Origin: a virus
Virus record (IMG/VR): IMGVR_UViG_3300029441_000005
Location: 1 to 64,000 of that record
DNA: 64,000 nt
Strand: one strand, 5' to 3'
In this document: positions 32,616-41,373 of the stretch, piece by piece
Layout: the number at the start of each line of letters is the position of its first letter
How positions within the stretch are numbered: the stretch's first letter is position 1
Program-made: the position numbers and the translations under genes
Notes under the pieces: generated by a model
Seen by the model: only the letters and a program-made list of their open reading frames with translations
The model's database searches: none
Told to the model about the DNA's origin: nothing

Positions 32616-33452
32616 TTATTTCTTGAAAGCATCCCAATCTACATGTTCCGATTTAGGCCGAGATACTATATTAAATCTTGCCATATAATTAATAACTCTT
32701 TGTCTAGCCTTGTCATTAGATAGATCTTCTATCTTAGGTATACCATTACAGAATTCTAAAGCATAGAACTGAGCTTGAACAAAGGTTTCATAGTCAACTC
32801 CAACTTCATCGGCTAATTTTCTTGCTCTTACAAACCATACATACTCTTGAGGGTTTTTATCGTAAGTATTGTTAATCCCTATTCTGTCAAGAATCTCTTT
32901 AGTATAATATTCATATATTTCTCGGGTATACTGGGGAGCTGAATCTTCTTTTACTTCTCTATCTGCTTCGTATACATCCATAATCCAATTAACTCTCTGA
33001 TGTAACCAATTAGCACAGAAGTTATAGTTAACCCTCTTTGCTTGAGACATGAGCTTAATACCAGTTGTTACAAACTCAATATATCCTTGACGAGGTTCAA
33101 ACCCAAACTTTTGACAGAACTCGTTTACAACAGGTACTAATTCTTTTACTGATGCCCATTGTAAATCTGTTTGCTTTATTTTAGTTACTCCGATGTGTTT
33201 GAGTTGGACTCTAGTAGAATAGATGATATCTGCTAATAAGTTTGCATCTCCTATACTTCCTGAAGCTCTACGAACAGCTTGAGTTTGTACCCTTTTATCA
33301 TCTCCTACCACTGAACGATGGTCCAAAGAGTATTGCCTGGCTTTAGTGAAGAACTCATCTACGAATTCTTCAGATACTCTACCCCCCATTTCCTTCCATA
33401 ATTTACGGAATAAAGTTTTAGAGATATGTATAGAAGGTTCTCGTTGTGCCAT
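32616..33452 (-). CDS. hypothetical protein in the replication operon
   Basis: 278-aa ORF between the helicase and primase genes. Confidence 0.55.
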   Translation of the reverse strand: MAQREPSIHISKTLFRKLWKEMGGRVSEEFVDEFFTKARQYSLDHRSVVGDDKRVQTQAVRRASGSIGDANLLADIIYSTRVQLKHIGVTKIKQTDLQWASVKELVPVVNEFCQKFGFEPRQGYIEFVTTGIKLMSQAKRVNYNFCANWLHQRVNWIMDVYEADREVKEDSAPQYTREIYEYYTKEILDRIGINNTYDKNPQEYVWFVRARKLADEVGVDYETFVQAQFYALEFCNGIPKIEDLSNDKARQRVINYMARFNIVSRPKSEHVDWDAFKK

Positions 33453-34405
33453 TATAATTTTAACTGTGATTTTATAGTTAAAAGTTCTTGATAAGTCTGA
33501 TATGTCGTCTCTCGTACATATTCTAAAGTCCTCTGTTTACCCAGTGAATTGACATCCTCATTATCTGGGAGGAATACTACCTTTACCTTTTTGAAGGGCA
33601 CCAACTTAAATGCCAGGTCCAATGCCTTATCTTTAGCATCAGGGTCAATCAGTATGATGAACTTCTCTACCGGACTCTTGATGAACTTGTTTACTTGATA
33701 TCTGCTGACTGCCTTACCTCCGGTTGCAATCCCATTCTCTCCCAAAGTTTCAGCATTGATTGCACCCTCACAAATATAAATGGTTCGGTATATTTCTAGA
33801 GCATCTGCATTATATATAATAAAACTCTTTCCCAAACCAGTTACATCTACTTCTGGATTGTTATATTTGGGGCCAGCGCCCATATATAATCGGGCATTGA
33901 AGTAAGTTAATTGCCCATGCTCTGTAAAAGGAATAATGATATATCCAAGATACTTACCTGTATTACAATATCCCCATCCTTTACGAGCTAACTCCTCTAT
34001 CTTAAATCCTCGTTTCTTAAGATAATTCCTGGCAGACCTTGCCAATAGAGAAGTACCCATGGATATATTCTTAAAGCCATCAGGAAGGAAGAACTCTTTC
34101 TTACCCTTTAACTCAACCTTCTCTTCTTTGAATACATATCCAGAATAATCTCCCGATTCGAGTATAGATAATACTTCTTGAAAACTATCAGTACTCTCTA
34201 GATACATTACCAGACTTAAGGGAGATGGATGCTCACCACACTTAAAACAATTACATCGATTGTTTGAAAGATTAATGCCAAACTTCTTTTCTCCTCCACA
34301 GTAGGGACAGTCTGACTTCATCCATGAATTGCGGTAGTCGAAGGCTCCGATCTTCTTAATGAAGTACTGGTGCATCTTACCTTTTATATTGCTGTTAAGT
34401 CTCAT
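33452..34405 (-). CDS. DnaG-like primase (zinc finger + TOPRIM)
   Basis: Zinc finger CPYCGGEKKFG...CNCFKCGEH. TOPRIM motifs ICEGAINAETL and ILIDPDAKDKA. Confidence 0.8.
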   Translation of the reverse strand: MRLNSNIKGKMHQYFIKKIGAFDYRNSWMKSDCPYCGGEKKFGINLSNNRCNCFKCGEHPSPLSLVMYLESTDSFQEVLSILESGDYSGYVFKEEKVELKGKKEFFLPDGFKNISMGTSLLARSARNYLKKRGFKIEELARKGWGYCNTGKYLGYIIIPFTEHGQLTYFNARLYMGAGPKYNNPEVDVTGLGKSFIIYNADALEIYRTIYICEGAINAETLGENGIATGGKAVSRYQVNKFIKSPVEKFIILIDPDAKDKALDLAFKLVPFKKVKVVFLPDNEDVNSLGKQRTLEYVRETTYQTYQELLTIKSQLKL

Positions 34406-34452
34406 ATCGTAAACGAAAATACCCGACCATGAATAACATAGCCGGGTAATTA

Positions 34453-34809
34453 TTACTTATTAACTGGTAACTTCTGACATAATTCAGGAACTAGATGATG
34501 GATTATATATCCTCTACGAATCTTCACTAATTCTACTTTGGCTTCTTCTAACCTTAGGAAAGAATTCTTATAAGGTACCTCATACCTATCTATATCTTTA
34601 TACCCCATAGTCCTATGGTTAGGAGTAACCTTATTCCAATTTATAGAGGCCTTTTCTGAAGAGATTGGTACCCACTCACGGAAGAATACTCCTAAACTAT
34701 ACCTCTCTTCAATTGGACATACAACTTGATATCTGTTACCTGGTTGCCTTCTTAAACATATCTCTTTGGAAGCTCTCCTACGAAATATCTTCAATAATCT
34801 TACATTCAT
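34453..34809 (-). CDS. hypothetical protein
   Basis: 118-aa ORF. Confidence 0.5.
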   Translation of the reverse strand: MNVRLLKIFRRRASKEICLRRQPGNRYQVVCPIEERYSLGVFFREWVPISSEKASINWNKVTPNHRTMGYKDIDRYEVPYKNSFLRLEEAKVELVKIRRGYIIHHLVPELCQKLPVNK

Positions 34810-34811
34810 AA

Positions 34812-35021
34812 CTACATGTGTTCAGTAGCTTGGAATACGCCAATATGAATATTATAATGACAGTTAGGGCAAGTGATGCACTCTTCTCCATTATGATCTG
34901 GACCATAACTTAAATCCAAGAATACTTCCTTCTCATTGAAAGCTACCTTGGAATTACAATTTTTACAAACTGTAGTCCTCTCCTGAATTTTAAGAGGCTC
35001 TGTAGTAATAACTCGTGCCAT
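34812..35021 (-). CDS. zinc-ribbon protein
   Basis: 69 aa with the paired motifs CKNC...CPNC. Confidence 0.5.
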   Translation of the reverse strand: MARVITTEPLKIQERTTVCKNCNSKVAFNEKEVFLDLSYGPDHNGEECITCPNCHYNIHIGVFQATEHM

Positions 35022-35046
35022 ACAATTTTAATTATTTAAGGTTTAA

Positions 35047-36513
35047 CTAAATATCACCTGAGGTTTTACTTCTCTTTTCTGGGTCTGCGTTGGGATTACT
35101 TACCCTTTTCTTTTTCTTAAGTAAATCATCTACCTGTTTACCCATGGACTCATCATATTTTGCTCTGGCCTCTTTAGAGAACTCCTTCATACGTTGTCTT
35201 TCTGGGTCCATATTAAACATTACTCTACCAGATGGAACTCCATCACGTTGAACTACAACTTCCATTCTCATGATGTTATGTTCTTCTTCGTCCTGAGTAG
35301 AATTTAATCCCATGACGCATTTTGCATTTCTTATTATAGAAATAGCTGATGCTATATCATTATCCTCGTATCGGGTTTCTTGATGCTTAGCACCTTCTCT
35401 AGTAACATGTTGGGCAGTCCAAATAGCATCTAGTCCCAACTCATCTCCCATATTATCTATATCTATATATACATTGTTGATACGTTCTACATCGTCCCTA
35501 TCTCGAGCAATAGAAGCCAACTTTGCAGCATAGTCAATCATGATAACATTGACCTTAATACCCTTCTCTGTTTCTAATTTCCTAACTAGATTAGTGATGG
35601 TATTACAATCTGCAATGGTTGCAGGTACACGCTCCACAATAAACTCTACACCAAGACGTTTATATTTACGCATGTGCCTTTGCTCCATCTTATCATAATC
35701 ACCAGTTAACATCTCCCTCTTGGTCTTATTGAGAGTAGACTGTATCATACGATCCATTAACTGGTTCTTACCATTTTCAGTATCTATGTATAGAACATTC
35801 TTCTTCATTGCCAGATATCCCCGGGCAATATTGATAAGTGCAAATGTCTTTCTCCGTTTAGGGCGATCAATCAAAACGAAAAGAGAATTCTTGGGATATC
35901 CATCTCCATTACCCAACCTATTCAACTGCCAAAATGGAGTAGGAACTACATCTGGGTCAACCTTTCTCATGAGTTGTCTCATTGCAGTTCCACTAACCAT
36001 AAGCAAAGGCTCGTCTTTCTTTTGTGGTTTTGAATTTTGTAATATTTTGGTTAACTTAACCTGATAAGTTTCATAGGAATTGTAATCCGAAAAATCCATA
36101 CCTTCATTCAAAGCTTTCAACTCAATGTAGGCAATGAATTTATGTATATTTTCCAGGACAATATCTACATCTTTTAGGGGTTTATTGTAAAGCTCAGATA
36201 TTAAACTATGAATATTAGGAATATCATCTTTAGTAACCAAATCAACATAATCCTTACCTTCTAGCAAGGTTTTAACTTGCTCTACCATTAAAACCTCACT
36301 TGGTATTCGTTGGTATTTCTTTACGAATTTTACCAAGGCTTCTACTACTATCGAGTGTTCAATTAAAGTAAAGTACCCAGGTTTTATCTTTGGAATATAT
36401 AGAAGAGCTTCCTTCCCTTGTACCAAGAACCTAAGTACTTCTAGTTGAAACTCTATAGAGAACGTAAACTTATCACAGGAGTTTAACCTCTTCTTTACCT
36501 TATTTGGTTTCAT
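35047..36513 (-). CDS. DnaB-like replicative helicase (RecA-fold C-terminal domain)
   Basis: VLIDRPKRRKTFALINIARGY...YIDTENG, Walker B VIMIDYAAKL, and TAQHVTREG...DIASAISIIRNA...VVVQRDG follow the order of the DnaB C-domain. The Walker A motif is atypical. Confidence 0.6.
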   Translation of the reverse strand: MKPNKVKKRLNSCDKFTFSIEFQLEVLRFLVQGKEALLYIPKIKPGYFTLIEHSIVVEALVKFVKKYQRIPSEVLMVEQVKTLLEGKDYVDLVTKDDIPNIHSLISELYNKPLKDVDIVLENIHKFIAYIELKALNEGMDFSDYNSYETYQVKLTKILQNSKPQKKDEPLLMVSGTAMRQLMRKVDPDVVPTPFWQLNRLGNGDGYPKNSLFVLIDRPKRRKTFALINIARGYLAMKKNVLYIDTENGKNQLMDRMIQSTLNKTKREMLTGDYDKMEQRHMRKYKRLGVEFIVERVPATIADCNTITNLVRKLETEKGIKVNVIMIDYAAKLASIARDRDDVERINNVYIDIDNMGDELGLDAIWTAQHVTREGAKHQETRYEDNDIASAISIIRNAKCVMGLNSTQDEEEHNIMRMEVVVQRDGVPSGRVMFNMDPERQRMKEFSKEARAKYDESMGKQVDDLLKKKKRVSNPNADPEKRSKTSGDI

Positions 36514-36652
36514 ATATTATATAATATTCATGAGTGTATAATCAATAGTATCTGCTAGATAATATAGTTCTCCAAGCTCATTCTCGAACATACTTGAACA
36601 CTAACGGTGAAATATTTTGATAAAAATTCATACAAGTTGTTACTTTATTATT

Positions 36653-36660
36653 TATATTTG
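36653..36660 (+). promoter_or_regulatory. -7 box TATATTTG of the early promoter class, upstream of the only plus-strand gene
   Basis: The plus strand reads ttTATATTTGcattg, 23 nt before ATG 36684. No good TTTG lies at -33. Confidence 0.45.
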
Positions 36661-36683
36661 CATTGTTAAATATATTTACTACT

Positions 36684-37331
36684 ATGAAAGGCAATAACGG
36701 GAGTGAACTACATCGTTTGACAGAATTAAAACCCTATGATGAGGACTTGTTTAATAGGTTATACAAAACCTGCAAACCTTTAATCCGTAGACTGGTAAGA
36801 GGGGTTGATTCTAGAAGATTCAATCTTACGCCAGATATAATTAACTCTTTCTTCTGGGATAAGTTCTTGTATGTATTTAATAAATATCAAGACGAATACG
36901 ATGAAGAAAGGTTGAAAGCAACTCTCTTATCTTCCCTGCAAACTTATAAAAGTAAGTTGTTAAGAAATGCTTATACTAAGCAGGCAGAATTCAATCAAGA
37001 GTTAACATCATTCGAGGTATTATTTGACAATAATAAAGAATTACTCGATGACTCGGATGAAACTCGGATTAAGGAAGAGCAATCCCAAATATTTCATCAA
37101 TACATGAAGGAACACCTTACTCCGGATGAATACTTGGTTATGCAGATACAACTTGAACCTCCCAAGTGGTTTGAATCTCGTATCAAAGATTCTCACGGTA
37201 AGTTATCTATCCTTCACCTGATAGATTACTTTGAGTTGCCTAGAGATAAGTTTGCAGTTAATATGTTCTCCAGAATGAGAAAGACCATACAGAAAACTTT
37301 AGAACAAGCTGCAGTAGATCTTAAACAATGA
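36684..37331 (+). CDS. sigma-70-family (ECF-like) sigma factor candidate
   Basis: Region-2-like FNRLYKTCKPLIRRLV...DIINSFFWDKFLYVF...KSKLLRNAYTK. Region-4-like LTPDEYLVMQIQ...LSILHLIDYFELPRDKFAVNMFSRMRKTIQKTL. The start was moved from TTG 36663 to ATG 36684. Confidence 0.45.
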   Translation: MKGNNGSELHRLTELKPYDEDLFNRLYKTCKPLIRRLVRGVDSRRFNLTPDIINSFFWDKFLYVFNKYQDEYDEERLKATLLSSLQTYKSKLLRNAYTKQAEFNQELTSFEVLFDNNKELLDDSDETRIKEEQSQIFHQYMKEHLTPDEYLVMQIQLEPPKWFESRIKDSHGKLSILHLIDYFELPRDKFAVNMFSRMRKTIQKTLEQAAVDLKQ

Positions 37332-37371
37332 AAAAGGCCAGAGCAAGGTTATTGATAACCTCACTCCGGCC
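37331..37371. terminator. convergent terminator hairpin between the sigma-like gene and the end of the late operon
   Basis: Imperfect long hairpin with ggcc...aggtta-ttga-taacct...ggcc (37336-37371). An A5 run on the plus side gives T5 after the stem on the minus strand. Confidence 0.55.
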
Positions 37372-37400
37372 CCACTTAACCAACTCAACTATGGTTCAGT

Positions 37401-39209
37401 TTAGAAAGGATATGAGGGACGATTGATACAATTAGTGAATAACTCCAACATATCTTCTGGAGCAGTAAAGGTCGTAACAGTTCTAATAGAAAAAATAGTT
37501 ATACTAGTTTCACTTGAAGCCTTGTGTTGTATATACGGGCTTAACTTAAGCTTAGGATAAACTCCACTAGTGCCAGTGGTTTGAGCAAATATCTGGTACT
37601 TAAAAGTATTAACATTACCACTCGAAGGCCAGGTTTCACCTCTTACCAAGAGTAGGTTACTCATCATTCCTAAGTTCTTAACTATCCTTTTGACTATATT
37701 GGAAGCTAATTTAGCCTCTACACCAGAATCGACTAACCAAGTTTCTAAATCTATATCGATATCTTCTGAATTACCTGCGAGATTCTTAAGGTTAAGAGAA
37801 GTTACCAGAGTTATAGAAAATGATGATACTATAATCTTACCACTTATGGAATGTAATTGGGACCCTGAACCTAAGTACTTCTCCAAAAGAGATCTACTAT
37901 AAACCCGGTCAAAGTTATCGAATACCGAACATACAGCAGTACCAAATCTTGTAAGCCCATCCACTTTGGTGGTATTAACCAAACTAATAGCATGACCAGG
38001 TAATATCTTCTCCCCGTTGCCCCGTACAGACACTATCTCAAAGAAAGCCATAGGATAGGCCTGACTTGGTAAACTACTCAGATCCAGAGTACCGTCCCAT
38101 ACTTGATCTTTACTGATAGGTATATTTAGAGCTGCATTAGCCAAACCCCAATTTTCGGGATTAAGAGTGGATTGATTTATATATGGCCTGGTTGAATAAA
38201 TTACTAGCCCTCCACCAGCTTCATACCACTGATAGTTTATCCTTTTTGTTACTGGACTAGAACTTGTAGCTAATACACAACCACTGATTATCAGTTTAGT
38301 AAATACGAATTCGTCTTCTTCACCAAAACTGTTTATGGTGTATTCGGCTTCTACTCCAAAGCCCCAACTACGCATTTGATTACTTACTCGTCTAGCTAAG
38401 TCCCCTACTTCGATTGGTACAGTACTCTGTTCTAATACCCTTACCCTATTATCCAGTCTCATCAAAGAAAAAGGATTCATTCCAAGGGGTTTAGCAGGTA
38501 ATATACCCTGATATGGGTTGATACAGAGTTGATATCCAATAGATTGCATTAATTCCTTCCAACCGGGCAAAAAAGTATTCCAGGAGGGTATCCAACCTAT
38601 CATGTATACCCCTAATAATGTATCAGTATTAGAATTAATAGATACACTACTTTTTTTGGTTACCCAGTCCAATATTTGAGGGTAGTTCATATCGACTATC
38701 TTGTCGATATAATACTCTGGTTCTACATGGGCATTTGTTAACCACGCTACTTTGAAATTAGATAGGCTCGGGACTGGTTCATCCTTATTAGCACTATACC
38801 TATGAGTAGCTATTAAAGCAAATGTTACCATTTTAGATGGGTTAGACATATCTGGCCAACCTCCAGGAGGGTTTTGACCAGTGAGAGTCAGTATATCTGG
38901 TGCTATTGAAAGAAGCCCATCGGGAGTAATAAAGGCATTGAACACCTGACCAGCCGTATTATCTTTATTAGAAAGAAATACTCTTCTTGCACCCCTTTTC
39001 ATATCCTCACGATCGGATGAGAATATACTACCTATAGTCAGGGTATTTTTAGTAGTATCAACCCAGTCGAATCCACATACGGGACCAGTTCCATTGGCTA
39101 TGGCTATGGGTTCCATCACCTCTTTGGACTCTATAAGATCTCCGTATACCTGATAAAGTCTCGGTTGTACTACTCCATTAACAACCTGAGTTTCGTTATT
39201 CTGTGCCAT
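37401..39209 (-). CDS. putative tail fiber / receptor-binding protein
   Basis: 602 aa, the last gene of the late operon, downstream of the baseplate J/I genes. No motif was recognised. The start was set at ATG 39209 (MAQNNETQ), next to the endolysin stop. Confidence 0.4.
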   Translation of the reverse strand: MAQNNETQVVNGVVQPRLYQVYGDLIESKEVMEPIAIANGTGPVCGFDWVDTTKNTLTIGSIFSSDREDMKRGARRVFLSNKDNTAGQVFNAFITPDGLLSIAPDILTLTGQNPPGGWPDMSNPSKMVTFALIATHRYSANKDEPVPSLSNFKVAWLTNAHVEPEYYIDKIVDMNYPQILDWVTKKSSVSINSNTDTLLGVYMIGWIPSWNTFLPGWKELMQSIGYQLCINPYQGILPAKPLGMNPFSLMRLDNRVRVLEQSTVPIEVGDLARRVSNQMRSWGFGVEAEYTINSFGEEDEFVFTKLIISGCVLATSSSPVTKRINYQWYEAGGGLVIYSTRPYINQSTLNPENWGLANAALNIPISKDQVWDGTLDLSSLPSQAYPMAFFEIVSVRGNGEKILPGHAISLVNTTKVDGLTRFGTAVCSVFDNFDRVYSRSLLEKYLGSGSQLHSISGKIIVSSFSITLVTSLNLKNLAGNSEDIDIDLETWLVDSGVEAKLASNIVKRIVKNLGMMSNLLLVRGETWPSSGNVNTFKYQIFAQTTGTSGVYPKLKLSPYIQHKASSETSITIFSIRTVTTFTAPEDMLELFTNCINRPSYPF

Positions 39210-39211
39210 GA

Positions 39212-39838
39212 TTATAATTTTAACCAATCGAGATTATCATCGATAAAAATTAAAGCTTTAGTTAATGACTCCACCAGTCTCTGGTTCACTGAATCGTCCC
39301 CTAATAACTCCACATCGTCGGGATTATCCTGGAATAACCACTCAAGAAGTACTCCCCAGTAATTATTACCCATCAGTACAGTGAAGTTAGCTTCCTTATC
39401 TGGGTCACTATCCGAGAAATCGGTTCGGTGTTTATATCCGTCGGTAGTAGGGAAGTCCTTCTGAAGTTGTTCGAATATTACCGTGGCAAATAAATCCGAA
39501 CGGGTTTGTCCTTTGGTGGTATATATTTCAAATCCCCGGGCAGTGCACCATTCATTTCCCATGCCTGCGGCATTGTTATGAAGTGAGAGCAGAAATTTAG
39601 TTCCCCCTCGAGGAGTATCTAAATTATTTGCAATCTCTTTTCTTCTAGACAACCCGATTTCGGTGTCTTTGGTATTGGTGAATGCTACTTCAAAACCCTC
39701 ATGTTTGAGACTTTCAGCTAACATTTTACCTACTTTCCTACTCCACAGGTATTCCTTGTGTCTACCGTCTGGAGATTGTTTCCCGGCCACATCTGACCCA
39801 TGAGCAAAGTCAATGATGGGCAATAATCTTCGTGCCAT
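39212..39838 (-). CDS. N-acetylmuramoyl-L-alanine amidase (Amidase_3) endolysin
   Basis: IIDFAHGSDVAGKQSPDG..., GFEVAFTN, LSRRKEIANN, LLSLHNNAAG and RGFEIYT follow the MurNAc-LAA motif order. Confidence 0.8.
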   Translation of the reverse strand: MARRLLPIIDFAHGSDVAGKQSPDGRHKEYLWSRKVGKMLAESLKHEGFEVAFTNTKDTEIGLSRRKEIANNLDTPRGGTKFLLSLHNNAAGMGNEWCTARGFEIYTTKGQTRSDLFATVIFEQLQKDFPTTDGYKHRTDFSDSDPDKEANFTVLMGNNYWGVLLEWLFQDNPDDVELLGDDSVNQRLVESLTKALIFIDDNLDWLKL

Positions 39839-39839
39839 G

Positions 39840-40490
39840 TTATAGTTTTTTAAGATACATTAACTTTAATCCATTTAGATACATACCCACTGATTGGTCC
39901 ATATTGGATATTGTGAATTGGTCCTTCGGTATATATATCTGTTCTATTACCATATCTTTAATTGCCTCGTTATCTTGAGGCTCAAAGATATTTACCAGAG
40001 ATTTTCCATTACAGGTGAAGTTTGATAGTAATCCACATAGTTCGGAATACTCATTATTCACCAAGCTCTCTACCTTCTTTACAGTTGACTCTTTGTTGTC
40101 TATATGATTCTCAAATCTGATTCGCAGTATCGCATACTTCAGGATGTGCCCCAAGCAATTGAATTCCCTACGTATCAGTATCTGAGCTTCAGTTATACCT
40201 ATGGTAGAGTCAGCAGCTCCATCAAAGAATTCCTTTACCTGTTGTGATGATTCTGATACCACGGTTACCTTTTTATTTAGGTTCCAGATGGTATATATAA
40301 ACATTACTACCATCACTAAAACCATTACCATGAATATACCGAATATCACTTTGAGTGCCCCATAATTAGAGGCAGCTTCAGCCAGTTCAATCGAAGATTT
40401 AGTTAGAGATTGAACTACATGGTCAAGTTTGGGGTCTTCTTGAGCAAAAGAAGATAGTAGAGTTATTAGAGGGAGGTTAAGCATATACAA
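39840..40490 (-). CDS. single-pass membrane protein next to the endolysin (holin/lysis accessory candidate)
   Basis: One strong transmembrane helix is present, ALKVIFGIFMVMVLVMVVMFIYTIW. The function is inferred only from position. Confidence 0.4.
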   Translation of the reverse strand: MYMLNLPLITLLSSFAQEDPKLDHVVQSLTKSSIELAEAASNYGALKVIFGIFMVMVLVMVVMFIYTIWNLNKKVTVVSESSQQVKEFFDGAADSTIGITEAQILIRREFNCLGHILKYAILRIRFENHIDNKESTVKKVESLVNNEYSELCGLLSNFTCNGKSLVNIFEPQDNEAIKDMVIEQIYIPKDQFTISNMDQSVGMYLNGLKLMYLKKL

Positions 40491-41373
40491 TATAGATTAC
40501 GGCAGTAGTTTGTTCAAATACAACAGAACTGTCCTCGGGTTCAAAATATTTTACATTTACGGGTAGGTACTTGTTGACAATATTTACCAGAGTCTCTCTT
40601 ACCTTATCACTATAGTCGGATGGATGTTCTGATTGTATTTGTTCCCTTTCAGCCTTTATCTCTTCTTCGGTTGCATCGGGATTCATCAGCTTCCACTCTT
40701 CCAATAGTTGTTCTTGAATCTCATGGTCTTTCATTACCATAAAGTCCCACTGACCCTTTGGTATACCAATAGTGAGAATCATTGGGACACATTCCCAACA
40801 ATCTGTCCCGGTATCATAAGTAACTGAAGAAGTATCGAAGTGAGAGATAGTATCATAGTTTACAGAACCATCACCTATAGCTTGAGCTATTGAGGCTTTG
40901 GTACTTTCATCTACTTCAGTTAGAGTAAATGTCACTCCGTAAAAACGGCCTAATATTTCATAAAACCGTCGAGTACCTCTTATCTTGTACAAAGATATGG
41001 CGTATCTTAGAACTAACCGGTAATCAGCAGTGGGAAAACCCCTGTCCTCTTTTACCCAATTCTCTAGATTCTTCTCTGTATAAGGTTCTCCCTTAGTTAA
41101 TACGCCATAGGCATACGGTATGAACCCAAAGTATTCCCATAGATAGTTCAGGAATATAGGATTAGCTTTATCCACATCCAAACATTTCATGAAATTATCT
41201 ATATCGGGCATTACCTCAGTATCGAAATAACCCGAACATACATCTATGAACCTTTCGAATATACCTTTGCCTTCTGAATCCTGGTAGGTATCATTGGATT
41301 TATAGTAATGGTCGAAAAGGTTACTGAAGATGTAATCCCTGAAGAATGTCTTCGCTGGATTAAACCACTTCAT
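40477..41373 (-). CDS. baseplate/tail protein, P2 gpI-like
   Basis: It follows the J-like gene. NPIFLNYLWEYFGF and LRYAISLYKIRGTRRFYEIL resemble gpI family motifs. Confidence 0.55.
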   Translation of the reverse strand: MKWFNPAKTFFRDYIFSNLFDHYYKSNDTYQDSEGKGIFERFIDVCSGYFDTEVMPDIDNFMKCLDVDKANPIFLNYLWEYFGFIPYAYGVLTKGEPYTEKNLENWVKEDRGFPTADYRLVLRYAISLYKIRGTRRFYEILGRFYGVTFTLTEVDESTKASIAQAIGDGSVNYDTISHFDTSSVTYDTGTDCWECVPMILTIGIPKGQWDFMVMKDHEIQEQLLEEWKLMNPDATEEEIKAEREQIQSEHPSDYSDKVRETLVNIVNKYLPVNVKYFEPEDSSVVFEQTTAVIYIVYA

